DNA of 64,000 bases, taken from the NCBI GenBank assembly GCA_964016885.1, contig OZ024741.1, positions 341,062,001-341,126,000 on the forward strand, given 5' to 3'. The position numbers and the translations under genes are program-made. The notes beneath the pieces were generated by a model, which saw only the letters and a list, made by a program, of their open reading frames with translations, had not been told where the DNA came from and searched no databases. This DNA comes from Eledone cirrhosa (lineage: Eukaryota). Below are positions 40,868-54,689 of this stretch, piece by piece; position 1 is the first letter of the stretch; each line of letters opens with the position of its first letter.

Positions 40868-41179
40868 AAAAGGTATGACCCCGATAGCAGAGCTCAAGCC
40901 ATTTCAGGATTGAAATAGTCGTCGAAACGGCTTGAGCTTTGCCGTCGGGGTCATACCTTTTCCTATCACCCACTCTACTACCCTAAGTATTGAGTACTCT
41001 GGTGCGTTATGGTCCACCTGGTTCCTTACCACAATTCCCTCGTTATATATATATATATATTTATTTATGTTTGTTGGTTCACCACTGGATAGAACTGGTC
41101 ATTCCGTATGGTCAATCTTGATCAGTCGAGCGGCCGACTGAGGTAGAAGCTGCTAAATAGTCAGTCGTCCTCTTGTCTC

Positions 41180-41241
41180 TTGTCTCTGATGATGTCACCG
41201 GATTCATACTGAACCCAGTCATTGAAATGATCATAGTATAA
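41180..41241 (+). ncRNA. Degenerate minimal hammerhead in a short (TA)n-flanked repeat
   Basis: CTGATGA...GAAAT-gatc-ATA; stems I and II imperfect. Confidence 0.4.
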
Positions 41242-41582
41242 TAAACCTTTCAAGGATTTACACCAGTCCAGCCTCCTGTTATTTTATAATATATATATAT
41301 ATATAAGCAAATAGTAAAGAGGAAAAAGATTTTTTCAATAGAAAATGCTGGAGAGATTCTTTTTATTTATAAAGTGGATATTTCCACATTTAATAATGGT
41401 ACCGGTTTCAGCATTATATGCTTTTTCAACTGCGGATATGCATAATGTAGTTATGTTGCATATTTATACGAATAATAAAAAGGGGAAGAAAAATTATTAG
41501 TTTTTACATACATATTTAGAGAGCAGAGTTCATATCTCTGTCCGTGTTTGTCCTTTGTTCTCTGTTATATATTATATATATA

Positions 41583-44570
41583 TCATCCTCATCATCATCA
41601 CCATTTTACATCCATTCTTCCATGCTAGCATGGGTTAGACAGGTTGTCCTGTTGTAGACAGGTTGTCCTGTTGTACTTTTACCTGAAACAAACCCGAACT
41701 GCATTTCGTCTAGATCAATTCGCTCTCTGATTAGTTGCGCTATTACTTTTTCTGTGACCTTCATGACCTGGTCAATTAATTTAATGGCTCTATAGTTTCC
41801 CCTATCTAGGGCATCTCCTTTACCCTTGTAGCAGTTAATGATGAAGCTGCTGCGCCAGTCCTTCAGAACGATCCCATTCTGTATGACTTGGTTTACTATC
41901 CAAGTGACCATAGCGTGTCCCACCGTTCCAGATGCTTTCAGCATTACAGCAACTATTTCCGAAAGCCCGGCCGTCTTCATGTCTTTGATCGCCTTACTTA
42001 TTATACTACCTTCAACTTGCACTGCTGGTCCCTTTATTGGGTCGATGTGGGGGAGATTGTCTTTCTCCCAATTATTCTCCTCATTTAGTAGTCTTTCGTA
42101 GTGACACTTCCAAGCTACCTTCTTATCAGCGTCAGTGATGGCGAATACACCATCATCATTAAGGACACACTTCTCCCCGACAATATCACTGTTTTCCTTG
42201 ACACATTGCCTAGCAATCCTGAACACCTCACGTTTTTGGTCCTCGCGTTGTAGAACATGCTTGAACTTTCCTTCCTCTGCTTCCCTTCTTGCGAAGTACA
42301 CTTGTCTCATAGCTTCCCTCTGGCCACTTGATAGTCTTCTCTACTTCCCCCATCCCGCTATGCTTTCCAAGCCTGCTTTTTGGCCTTGATTGACTCCTAA
42401 TTGTTCTTCCTTACTATCAAAAGCATCAAGTAATATGCTTTTAAATTTATTACTGGCTGTAGGGTCTTTTAACTTCCATATTTTTCTCCTGAGGATAGAC
42501 CTCTTCTGTTGTCGAGTACGCCTCGTCCTGACTATGAGGTCGCTAATTATGAGTCTATGTTGATAGGTGCATTCTTTATGGGGGAGGGATTTAGTGTTTA
42601 TAACAGACACTCTGTCACATCTCCTGGTAAGGATATAATCTACCTGGCTTGTGTGTTCCCCCGATCTATAGGTGATCGAGTGATTGCCTCGTTTTTTGAA
42701 GTTAGTGTTACAGATCATCATCATCATCATCATCATCACCGTTTTACGTCCGTTCTTCCACGCTAGCATGGGTTAGACGGGTTGTCCTGTTGTGGGCAGT
42801 GTCTGGTCGGCTGACCATGCCTTGCTCATACAGGAACTGATCTGGCTTGATTTCTACAGCTAGATGCCCTTCCTAACACCAACCTCATTTACAGTGAGTG
42901 CTGGGTGCTTTTTCGTGGCGCCTACACGTCCACTTTACAGTGTGGGCTGGGTGCTTTTTTGCCGTGGCACCTCCACGACCACCTTGCGGTGGGGGGAGTG
43001 GGGGCATATTGTTTATATGCTTCAGCATGTACCCATGGGAGGTCGGGTACCCTGTATTACTGCGTGACGCCAGAAGTCACGGTCGTGTGTCATTGTCTTT
43101 GAGAGGTGTAGTTGGGTAAGGTCGGCTTTTATCACCTCATCCCAAGTCATCTTGGGTCTCCCCACTCCGCGGTTTCCATCAACTTCTAGTGCTCTGCACC
43201 TTTTTATGCAGCTGTCATCCTTCATACGCATCACATGTCCATACCAGCGTAACCGCCTCTCCTGCACGCAGCATTTGATTCCTCTTATGCTCAGTCTCTC
43301 TCTCAATTCCTTTATGCTTTGTCATTCACGTATATTACTGTTACACATCCATCGGAGCATGCAGGCTTCGTTTCTCTCTAATCTACGTAAGTCTTCCACC
43401 TTCAGCGCCCAGGTCTCACTACCATGCAACATCGCTGTTCGGATACACGCATCATACAGTCTGCCTTTCATTCTGAGGGAGAAGCCTTTTGCAGCTAGCA
43501 GTGGTAGTAGTTCCCTAAACTTCTTCCATCCCGTTCTTACCCTAGTTATTGTACTTTCTGAGCACCCACCTCCGTTGCTAATTCGGTCACCTAGGTAGCA
43601 GAAGCTGTCTACTGTTTCTACAGGGCCCTCCCAGAGATTGGTGGTACTTGTTTCCTGTGGCTGTTTGCTTGCTGTTTCAGCACAGCTGCTGCATGTGAAT
43701 CCTACATTCTTAATTAAGCTTCCTGAGATCCCGCTACATCTCTTGTGTACCCATTGTTTGCATTTGGGGCAGAGAATGGAGTTCCTACCTACACCTTTCC
43801 TACATACTGAGCAAGGCCATTTCCCTGAGGGGATCTGGGTTCTGTTTTCTCGTCTACTTACAAGGACCTTAGTCTTTGTCATGTTGACTTTGAGGCCCTT
43901 TCTCTCTAGTCCCTGCTTCCAGGTTTGGGTTAGGTTATTTGCGTCACAGAATTCCAGGATTCTGGAGGCTTCCTCATTTCTAGTACCAAACCCATAGCCT
44001 CCATGGATTCCATCATAGCCGTCACAATGTTGTCCAACGTGACCATAGCGGGATGGAGTTTAAATAAAGATGAGGTTATGTTAGCCATCCGCGGCCGAAA
44101 CAAGGAGGAGGAGTCCTTGCATTCTCGTCCGGCAGCATGAGGTGAATTTGTCTTTATCTTTGGCATTGTCACTGAGTGTCCAGAGTTTTTTTTTTTTTTT
44201 TTCCAAAACTCTCCAGAATTCCGTAGTCCATCCATCATATCGAAAGGCAACCAGGTAAGTGATAGCATAGGCCACTGACTTATGATTGGCCCACAGGGGC
44301 GGGGGGGAGGGATATAGGGTAGTTTATGTAGAAGGTTAAGGTTTAAATAAGATCCCCGTATTCTGGGCATAATTTAACAAGCATAAAAAAAAAATACAAG
44401 ATTTGTTTTGAAATACAAGATTTGTTTTGAAAAATACGCTAGAATTATCGAATAGAAAAGCAACAAGGATTGGGTTCTGGGATAAATGATACAGATTGAT
44501 GAATGGACTAGGGAATTAAAATGGAGAGAAGAGTGAAGAAATAGCAATAGTACGTTACATTTCACTGTGC
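41583..44570 (-). mobile_element. Deleted RTE LINE (41583-42716 + 43929-44570) with a second RTE 3' half (42717-43928) nested in it
   Basis: Two (CAT)n tails; host rejoins approximately as gttacagat|gttaggttatt, as in the uninterrupted copy at 47005-47025. Confidence 0.85.
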
Positions 44571-44759
44571 GTGCAGCCTAGCCTGAATTAGGGTTGGCGG
44601 TTTCTGAGTTTCGTACTTGCAAAGGATTTATTTTATATTTGGAGAGAGCAGAAGGGATTGGGGGCGAACCAGCATGATATAGAGGGGGGGGGGGGTGAAG
44701 ATAGGAGGGAGCAGAGGTTAAGAGTTTAAATAAAGTCCTCGTATATATATATATATATA

Positions 44760-47027
44760 TCATCATCATCATCAACGTTTAACGTCCGTGTTCCACGCTT
44801 GCATGGGTTTGGACGGGGGTAGTCCCACTTGAGGCAAGAGTGATTGTCTTGCTCGCATAGGACTGTCTGGCAGGTTTTCTACAGTTGGATGCCCTTCCTA
44901 ACACCAACCACATTTACAGTGTGGGTCTGGGAGGTTTTTACCGTGTTGCCTACACGGCCACATTACAGCGTGGACTGTGTGTTTTTTGTCGTGACACCTA
45001 CACGATCTCATTTGTTTCGGCCTGGATGGCGCGGCACCAACATAACTTTACATAGAACGGGGTGGTGTGGATGGGGTGGGGGTGGTGGCGGGACGGGGTG
45101 TATTTTGTTAGAGATGCCTACTGGCAAGGCGGGTCTTCTCTGTTACTGAGTACCGCCAAAGGTCTCGGTCCAGTGACATTGTCTTGGAGAGGTGTAAGTG
45201 TGTGAGGTCGGAGTTTATCAGCTCATCCCATGTTTTTCTAGGTCTGCCTATTCCGTGGCTACCGTCTATCTTTATTGCCCTGCACTTTGTTATACAGCTA
45301 TTGACTTTCATGCGACCATTTCCCAGAAGGGACCGCCGCCTTGTTTTCTTTCCTACAAACTAGAACTTTGGTCTTAGCCAGGTTAATTTTAAGTCCTTTT
45401 GACTCTAGGCCGTGCTTCCATGTTTGGAATTTCTTCTCTAGCTCGGCCATTGATTCCGCTATGAGTGTCAGGTCGTCTGCGTATAGGAGTTCCCATGGGC
45501 AGCCTGTCTTGAACTCCTCTGTTATAGCCTGAAGGGCAATAATAAATAGTAGGGGGCTGAGAACAGAGCCCTGATGGACGCCAACTTTTACGCTAAACTC
45601 TTCACTATATTCGTTGTTAATTGTAACCTTGCTGACTGTTTCTTTATACATGGCTTGTATAGCCCTCACAAGCCATTCGTCAACGCCTAGTTTTCTAAGA
45701 GCCCACCAGATAATGGAGCGGGGGACTCTGTCGAAGGCTTTCTCCAGGTCGACAAAAGCTAAGTAGAGGGGTTTACCTTTAGCTAGGTACTTCTCCTGTA
45801 GTTGTCGTACTATGAAAAGAGCGTCTGTGGTGCTTTTGCCCGACACAAACCCGAACTGCATTTCATCTAGGTCAATTCTCTCTCTGATTAGTTGCGCTAT
45901 TACTTTTTCCGTGACCTTCATGACCTGGTCGATTAATTTAATGCCTCTATAGTTACTCCTATCTAGGGCGTCTCCTTTACCCTTATAACAGTTAACGATG
46001 ATGCTGCTATGCCAGTCCTTCGGAACAACCCCATTCTGTACGACTTGGTTAACTATGCGGGTGACCATGGTGTGTCCCACCGTGCCAGATGCCTTCAGCA
46101 TCTCAGCAACTATTTCCGAAGGCCCAGCCGCCTTACCCGTCTTCATATCCTTGATTGCCTTACTTATTATACTCCCCTCGACTAACACTGCTGGTCCCTC
46201 TATCAGGTCGATATGGGGGAGACTGTCTTTCTCCCATTTATTCTCCTCATTTAGTAGCCTTTCATAGTGACACTTCCAAGCTACCTTCTTATCAGTGTCG
46301 GTGATGGCAAGTATGCCATCATCGTTAAGTACACACTTCTCCCCGACAATATCACGGTTTTCCTTGACGCATTGCCTGGCAATCCTGAACACCTCACGTT
46401 TTTGGTCATCGCGTTGTAGAACATGCTTGAACTTTCTTTCCTCAGCTTCCCTTCTTGCTAATTACACTTCTCTCCTAGCTTCCCTCCTGGCCACTTGATA
46501 GTCTACTCTACTTCCCCCATCCCGCCATACTTTCCAAGCCTGCTTTTTGGCCTTAATTGACCCCTCCACCCTACTGTTCCACCACCATGTTACTCTCCTC
46601 CTGCCTACAGGCCTGCTCCAGCCACAGACTTCGTCTGTCGCCAACAGCAGGTTTGCTTTCAGAAATTCCCACTGTCCCTCTATATTGTCCGATTCTAGAT
46701 GCTCTTCCTTACTGTCGAAAGCATCAAGTAATATGCTTTGAAATTTATTTCTGGCTGTGGGGTCCTTTAGTTTCTATATTTTCCTCCTGAGGATAGTCCT
46801 CTTCTGCTGTCGAGTACGTCTCGTCCTGACTATGAGGTCGCTAATTATCAGTCTATGTTGGGAGGTGCATTCTTCATGGGGGAGGGATTTAGTGTTTACA
46901 ACAGACACTCTGTCACGTCTTCTGGTAAGGATATAATCTACCTGGCTTGTGTGTTCCCCTGATCTATAGATGATCAGGTGATTGTCACGTTTTTTGAAGT
47001 TAGTGTTACAGATAGTTAGGTTATTAT
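44760..47027 (-). mobile_element. RTE LINE, 5'-truncated, internal deletion at ~45312
   Basis: 364-aa RT ORF 45298-46392; (CAT)n tail at 44760. Confidence 0.9.
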
Positions 47028-47035
47028 ATATACAT

Positions 47036-47850
47036 TTATAAATGAAAGGCAGATTGTATGATGCCTATATACGAACAGCAATGCTACATGGCAGTGAGAC
47101 ACGGGCATTACGTACAGAGGACCTGCGTAGACTGGAAAGGAATGAAGCATGCATGCTCTGATGTATGTGTAATAGTAATATACGTGAACGGCAAAGCATA
47201 AACAAACTAAGTGAGAAATTAGGAATAAGAGAGATCAGATGCTGTTTACTTGAGAGAAGACTACGTTGGTATGGTCACGTGATGCGCATGAAAGACGACA
47301 GCTGCATAAAAAAGTGCAGGGCGATCAAAATTGATGGTAGTTACGGAGTAGGTAGACCCAGAAAAACCTGGGATGATCTGATAAATTCCGACCTCACACA
47401 CTTACATCTCTCTGAGACAATGTCTCTTGACTGAGACCTTTGGCGCTACACAGTAATACAGAAGACCTGCCTTGCCTATCTACAAAGCAAAACCTACAGC
47501 CAGTAGGCAACTCTTAACCAAATATACACCCCAATCTACTACCCCTACCCTATCCTCCCACTCCCACCAACAGCATGAGAAAATGAGATCGAGTTCGTGT
47601 AGGTGTCACGACAAAAAACACAGTCCACGCTGTAATGTGGTCGTGTAGGTAACACAGTAAAAAGCTCCCAGTTCCACACTGTAAATGTGGTTGGTGTTAG
47701 GAAGGGCCTCCAACCGTAGAAAACCTGCCAGATAGTCCTATATGAGCGAGACACGGTCACCCGACCAGCCTTGCCTCAAGTGGGACAACTCCCGTCTAAC
47801 CTATGCTAGCGTGGAAAATGGACGTTAAACGAAGATGATGATGATGATGA
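47036..47850 (+). mobile_element. RTE LINE 3' fragment, head-to-head with the previous copy
   Basis: MLHGSET...RRLRWYGHVMRM...GRPRKTW; (GAT)n tail. Confidence 0.9.
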
Positions 47851-48716
47851 TATATATATATATATAAATGGAAAAGAATGAAACAAAATTTCATTTCTCA
47901 CTCTTAGTACGGCTGATACTTAATTGTAAGTATGTATACGTACATACATATATGTATACAGACACAGTAGTATGTATATATATATATATATAATTGTAAG
48001 TATGTATACGTACATACATATATGTATACAGACATACAGTAGTATGTATATATATATACATGCACATATATATATATGTACGTATGGGTTTACCAAACAT
48101 TTATTATAATGTTCGGTTTGTTTGTAAACAAACAGCCTGAATTACGCCGTACAGTGTTCGGCAACCATCATTGCCTTTTTGTTCAACACTGACACAGGAA
48201 CGATGTACTAGTTTCAAGCTTATTAGCTATCGTCAGCATCGTATACCTTCCTGTCAGATGATTGAATGTTTGAAAGTATATACTTTCCTTCGAACATTAT
48301 AATAAATGTTCAATAAACCTATATGTACATATATATATGTGTGCATGTATATATATACATACTACTGTACGTCTGTATACATATATGTATGTACGTATAC
48401 ATACTTACATTTATATATATATATATATACATAAACAGTCTTTAATAAATTGAAGTGTGGTGGATTGGCAGTAGATAATCGGATAACAGGCTTTGCTCCA
48501 TGGAGTTATGGCCCTTTACATTCTGAGTTCAAATCCTGCCAATGTTAGCTTTGCCTTCCATCTATAAATAAAATACCAGTAATGCACTGCGATCGATTTA
48601 ATCAACTTTCCCCTACCCCAAAATTATTCACATTGTGCCTAAATCAGAAGCATTTTAATAAATTGAAGTGTGGAAATCTAGAACCATGTCTTCGTATTTA
48701 ATAACATATATATATA

Positions 48717-49685
48717 TCATCATCATCACTTTAAACGTCCATTTTTCCACGCTAGCATGAGTTAGGCAAGATGTCCCATTATGGAACAAGTCACATCATA
48801 TGACCATGTCTTGCTCATACAGAACTGGCTTGGTATAGTACTGTTTATGCCCTTCCAAACATCAACCATATTTACTAGCCGCTTTTTGTCATGATACCAA
48901 CATGACCACTTTGCTGTGTGGACTGGGCACCTTTTGTTGCGAACCAACACAACCACTTTACAGAGTGGACTCAGGGCTGGGTTGGGGGTGGTGCATGTAT
49001 GTAGAGTGGGGATTGAGAAAGTAGGTCTAGAGTGGGGGGCACTTAGCTGGTGAAAGCTGGAGTGTTAGGACATGTTAGGATGTGAGAAGTGGGGGGAATT
49101 GCATACAAGAGACCATTAGATGTATGCTTCAACCTGTGCACATGGGAAGGCAGGTCTTCTGTATTACTGCATACCACCAGATATCTCGATCTTGTGTTGT
49201 CACCTTTGTGAGGTACAGTTATGCTAGATCAGGTTTTATCACCTCATCGCAAGCCTGCCTCAGTTTTCCTCTTCCATAGTTTCCATCAACTTTGAGCGCC
49301 CTGCACCTTTTTATACAGCTGTCATCTTTCATACACATCACATGTACATACCACTGCAATCTCCTCTCCTGCATACTTCATCTGATCCCTCTTATGCCCA
49401 GTTTCTCTTTCAGTTCATTTATACTTTGCCATTCATGTATTACACATTCATTGGAGCATGCCAGCTCCATTTCTTTCTAATCGCCATAGGTCCTCTGCAT
49501 ACAGGTCTCACTACCATGCAACATTGCTATTCATACACACACACATCATACAATCTGCCCATCATTTTGAGGGAAAAACCTTTTGCAGCTATCAACAACA
49601 GTAGCTCCCTGAACTTTTTCCATCTTGTTCTCACTCTGGTTACTCTACTTTTGGAACACCTACCTCCACTGCTAATTTGGTAAGG
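48717..49685 (-). mobile_element. Older degenerate RTE 3' fragment
   Basis: (CAT)n tail; tccatttttccacgctagcat end; recognisable C-terminal coding remnants. Confidence 0.75.
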
Positions 49686-49879
49686 TAAAGATCCCCTTCA
49701 GTCACAAATGAGCATGGGATTTGCACCTAGAAAGTTTCCTTCCGAGGCACAAGTCCGGGCAAGGTTGTTTGTGGAAAACCAGCAGTCACTCATGTATACC
49801 AGCCTCCCCTCTCCACGCCACCAATAATGTCCAACGGAAAGGCTATGGCCGATACACCTTGTACTGGCTATAGTCACAG

Positions 49880-50376
49880 CCACATAATACAATGTAGTAC
49901 TGGTTGTAGTCATTGTATAGTGTAGTACTTGTTATAGTCACATAGTATAGTACTGTTTATAGTCACATTATATAGTGTAGTACTAGTTATAGTGACATAG
50001 TATAGTATAGTACTGTTTACAGTCACATAAATGTAGTACTGGTTATAGTCACATTGTATATGGTATTACTGGTTATAGTCACATATAGTGTAGTACTGGT
50101 TATAGTAACATTATAGTGTAGTACTGGTTATAGTCACATATAGTGTAGTACTGGTCATAGTCACATTTTACACTATAGTACTGGTTATAGTCACATTGTA
50201 TATGGTACTGCTGGTTGTAGTCACATTTTACACTGTAGTACTGGTTATAGTCACATTGTATATGGCACTACTTGTAATAGTCACATTTTACACTAGTACT
50301 ACTTATAGTCACATTGTATATGGTACTACTGGTTATAGTCACATTGTATATGGTAGTACTGGTTATAGTCATAGTC
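49880..50376. repeat. ~30-bp intronic minisatellite
   Basis: Unit approximately tagtactggttatagtcacattgtatatgg, about 16 units. Confidence 0.9.
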
Positions 50377-50474
50377 AACTTTCATGCTGTGTTCTATACA
50401 ACTATATCGGACATGTCATTGAAGAAGATGTGGTTACCCTACCCTGTGTTTCAAAGTAGAGCCCCATTCCTTAC

Positions 50475-50658
50475 CTGGCTGAATGCCTCTGGGACCAAAA
50501 TAAATTGAAGATCCCCTCAATGGTTGAACATATTTCTGTAGAATAATCAACAATATATATTTCCTGCAGAGTGTAGTCATATATGTTGTCATTCATGAAG
50601 TCCTTCAATGATTGATTGATGGCGAACAGAACTGTATCCATTGAGACACCGAGTTTAC
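50475..50658 (-). CDS. Middle exon of macro-RING gene (end of macro domain)
   Basis: ttttctaaaatag|GT...AG|gtaagg; GKLGVSMDTVLFAINQSLKDFM...LQEIYIVD; phases 1/2 fit both neighbours. Confidence 0.82.
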
Positions 50659-51155
50659 CTATTTTAGAAAAATATAAGAACTGATTAAAAATAGACACAA
50701 TTGTTTTATAAAGTATTAAGTAATGTTTGTATTTTGTAAGTATGTTAGCTTATTGTAAGCTGTTACAACACAGATTTAACATTGAAGTAGTTGAATAGAT
50801 GGGCATATAAAACCTCATAGATGGGAAAATATTGACCAGGATGTCTCTGGTAATTGAACTCATATCTGCCATATGACAGATAACTGCATTACCATTACAC
50901 CAAAGCAAGACTGACCACTTATCCCTCATCTTTTAAGCCGTATCTATCAGCCAGGAGATATAAACAAAGACAATTGTTTTATAAAGTAGTGATGAAATTT
51001 CAATTTTGAAAGTATGGCAGTTAAATATAAGCTGATACAACACAGATTTCACTATAAGATAGTCAGCCAAGTTGGGCATATGAAATCTTAAAGACAGAAA
51101 AATCGTCGGTAGAGTTGCCTGTAGGAATTGATCTCAAATCTGGCATATGCTGGAT

Positions 51156-51439
51156 CAGTGATTCCCAATGTGGGGTGTATGCCTAACAGGGGAAAAAATT
51201 TGAATATTATATTAATGAGAACTAACTTCAGGTTTTAATTTATTACTTTTACGCCAAGGCAAGTTTGGAACACATTACTGTCAGAAACTCCACACATCTT
51301 ATTGTGCATCTGGCACCACCTATATGCCAATTTGTTTACCCTTTGCAGTTGATCATCGCTGTTTTCATATCAAAGAGGGACATAACAATTTTTGAGATGT
51401 TGAGGTGGGGCATGGTGCACAAAAGGTTGGTAACCACTG
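51156..51439. mobile_element. hAT (Charlie-like) MITE
   Basis: TIRs cagtgattcccaa / ttggtaaccactg; exact 8-bp TSD tgctggat. Confidence 0.88.
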
Positions 51440-51756
51440 TGCTGGATGGTTGTATTACCTTAGCACAGTGATGTGTTGTGTATTTGAGTAAGGTACTTCA
51501 CGTTGTATTGTTCCAGTCCACTCACATGAAAATAAATATCAGCAGCAACTGGGAAATGGGAAGGGGAGGTAACCTTGTAACAGACAGATATCCCAGTCGT
51601 AGGGAAGGGGAGATGTCAGCATCCTTGTGAAAGTTATATAAAAACCTTCCATCATAATTTTATGTTAGATCTATCCCCCCCCCCCCTCCCAAGTAATTAT
51701 ATTTTTCTCCCTAAACTACCACAACACACATCTATTTGTATATGCGCTACAATTTA

Positions 51757-52712
51757 TGTACAGCTGTGCTGGGACAGCAAGCAGCAAACAAGTACCACCA
51801 ATCTCTGGGTGGACTCTGTAGAAACAGTAGACAGCTTCTGCTACCTAGGTGACCGAATTAGCAGCGGATGTGGGTGTTCAGAAAGTACAATAACTAGGGT
51901 AAGAACGGGATGGAAGAAGTTTAGGGAACTACTACCACTGCTAGCTGCAAAAGGCTTCTCCCTCAAAATGAAAGGCAGACTGTATGATGCGTGTATCCGA
52001 ACAGCAATGTTACATGGTAGTGAGACCTGGGCGCTGAAGGTGGAAAACTTACGTAGATTAGAGAGAAACGAAGCCTGCATGCTCCGATGGATGTGTAATA
52101 GTAATATACGCGAACGACAAAGCATAAATGAATTGAGAGAGAGACTGAGCATAAGAGGAATCAAATGCTGTGTGCAGGAGAGGCGGTTGCGTTGGTATGG
52201 ACATGTGATGCGTATGAAGGGTGACAGCTGCATAAAAAGGTGCAGAGCACTAGAAGTCAATGGAAACCGCAGAGTGGGGAGACCCAAGATGACCTGGGAT
52301 GAGGTGATAAAAGCTGACCTTACCCAATTACACCTCTCAAAGGCGATGACACACGACCGTGACCTCTGGCGTCACGCAGTAATACAGAGTACCTGACCTC
52401 CCATGGGTACAAGCTGAAGCATATAGACAATATGCCCTCCCTCCCCCCACCCACTGCAAGGTGGTCATGGAGGTGCCACAGCAAAAAAGCACCCAGCCCA
52501 CACTGTAAAGTGGACGTGTAGGCGCCACGAAAAAGCACCCAGCACTCACTGTAAATGAGGTTGGTGTTAGGAAGGGCATCCAGCTGTAGAAATCAAGCCA
52601 AATCAGTTCCTGTATGAGCAAGGCATGATCAGCTGACCAGACACTGCCCACAACAGGACAACCCGTCTAACCCATGCTAGCGTGGAAGAACGGACATTGA
52701 TGATGATGATTA
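51757..52712 (+). mobile_element. RTE LINE 3' fragment, highly similar inverted counterpart of 42717-43690
   Basis: ORF 51662-52396 is nearly identical to the 43022-43690 translation; (GAT)n tail. Confidence 0.92.
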
Positions 52713-52926
52713 TGTTTATCACATATTGAAGTTTTTAATATCTTGGTTGATATTTGATGATAACAGCTAAATTAATTACTACAACTAAATTGACCAAATT
52801 TGGACACCCAATTCAGAAATGCTTCCACTGCCCCTGTATATTACTAAGTACCTTCATAGAACTAGGTGAAGTTTGATAAGAAAATGGTTAAAAAGACTTA
52901 GTAAAGTCAACATTAAATTGTCTCAC

Positions 52927-53770
52927 CTGTAAATATCAATGTTGTGGCCACTGAACTGATATTTAGAAATGCTGCTTTAGTGAAACATTGATAGTATACA
53001 TCAGTGATATATTCTTCAGATTTATGATTCCCAATAGCAAGGTTTCTATCTGGTTCTTTAACATAGAACATATACTTAGAGTTACCATCAGGCACTACAG
53101 TCACAATATCTCTGTATACCTGATTTTGAGTTGATATCACTGCATCAACATTACAAGCATTTACGTCTTTTGAACAGACATACAACTTCATCCTGTTTAA
53201 GAGATCGAAACATGCAACAGTTTGGCTTTGTTGATCAGTGTTTGAAGTGGCATAGCCTGATGTATCTAGATTGGATGCAGAAGGTCCTTGTGTAAGACTT
53301 TGAGGTACCAAACTGGTTAATTGTGACAGAATATAATTATAAGCCTTCTCAAGTTGGTCAGAAGCTAAAGCCATAAGTTGAATCAATTGACAATGTCCTA
53401 AATTTACAAAATCCATGACTTTTACACCAGGATAATTGGTTGTTATAAAGGATACAATTTTTGTGAAGTAGATATTCTTATTTGCATCAATGTTCACATA
53501 TTTTGAGTGAATTTTTTTAAACAATCCAAGTACCTTCAAAGAAGAAGAAATTCTAACTGAAACTTGATTACTGCAATTGGCCCTTTGTTCCCAAAGGTTT
53601 GGAATTAAAGCTAGTACGGTTTCATAAAAGAATTGTAGAAGGCAGTCAACAATATGCCAGTCAATATTAGTGTAGTCTCTGGTGAGTTCCATATTTTCAT
53701 TATTGTTCAGTTTATTATTCGGTTCAGACATATTCCTCATAAAATAAGGCACAGAATGTTGACAGTAATT
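52927..53770 (-). CDS. First visible coding exon of macro-RING gene (candidate ATG at 53740)
   Basis: Acceptor ttattgcag|, donor ACAG|gtgaga; open frame with macro-like KLYVCSKDVNACNVDAVIS and YYQCFTKAAFLNISSVATTLIFTG. Confidence 0.8.
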
Positions 53771-54689
53771 CTGCAATAAAAACATGATTAGAGCATTAAC
53801 AACATCAATGTCAACAACTGTAACAAGAACAACAAAAAGCTTTTGATGGTCATGATAATGGTGGTGGTGATGATAGTGGGGATAACGGTGGTGATGGTGG
53901 TGATTAAATTGTAGTTATGTTGAAAGTGAAAGTTTTTTTTTTGTTTTATTTTTTACTCTACCAAATTTACCACATTGCCAATACAATATTTATTTCGGTT
54001 CTTTAGTTGCTGAATTCAAATCCCGCCAATTTTGCCTTTCATCCTTCCAGAGTCAATAAAATAAAGCACCAGATTTAATCCCCCTAAATTTGCTGACCAT
54101 GTTCCTAAATCAGAAATCAATTAGTAGTGTCGGTGGAGCGTTGGGCAATATGCTTTATGGCATAGAGTTACGGCCCTTTTCGATGTGAGTTCAAATCCTG
54201 CTGAGGTTAACTTTGCCTTTCATCCTTACAGGGTCGATAAAATAATGTACCAGTAATGTACCAGGGCTGATTTAATCAACTTTCCCTTTCCCCAAAATTG
54301 TTGGCCTTCTGCCTAAATTAAAACCAATATTTTTGGTACAACCACTCACACACACACACAGACTACTGACACCCTAAGCAAGGTTAGATTCTTTGTCCCT
54401 GTATGAAATAAACCACAATAAAAAACGACCCTCAATAAAACTGAAATTTATTTATTTTTCAAAACTGTTGTTGATTTGGAGAAATGCGGCCCGTGAAATC
54501 AGTGCCCTGGGCGGCTGCCTAGTTTGCCTATATGGTAGCCCGGCCCTGCACACACACATACCCATGTTTACTTCTGTACATGAAGAAATTTAAATACACA
54601 AAGCCGTGAGAAGTTTGCAAGAAAAACTAAATTAGCTACAGAAAGACATGTATCATTTCAACTTAAGGTTATCTTGTAGTTGCCCACGT

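Noticed and set aside
41390-41436. Minus-strand hammerhead-like motif (ttgaaaa-agcat/atgct-gaaaccggta)
   Set aside because: Core is mutated and stem I does not pair.
49880-50376. Repeat ORFs (MYMVLLVIVTL...)
   Set aside because: Tandem minisatellite inside an intron; no splice signals or domain.
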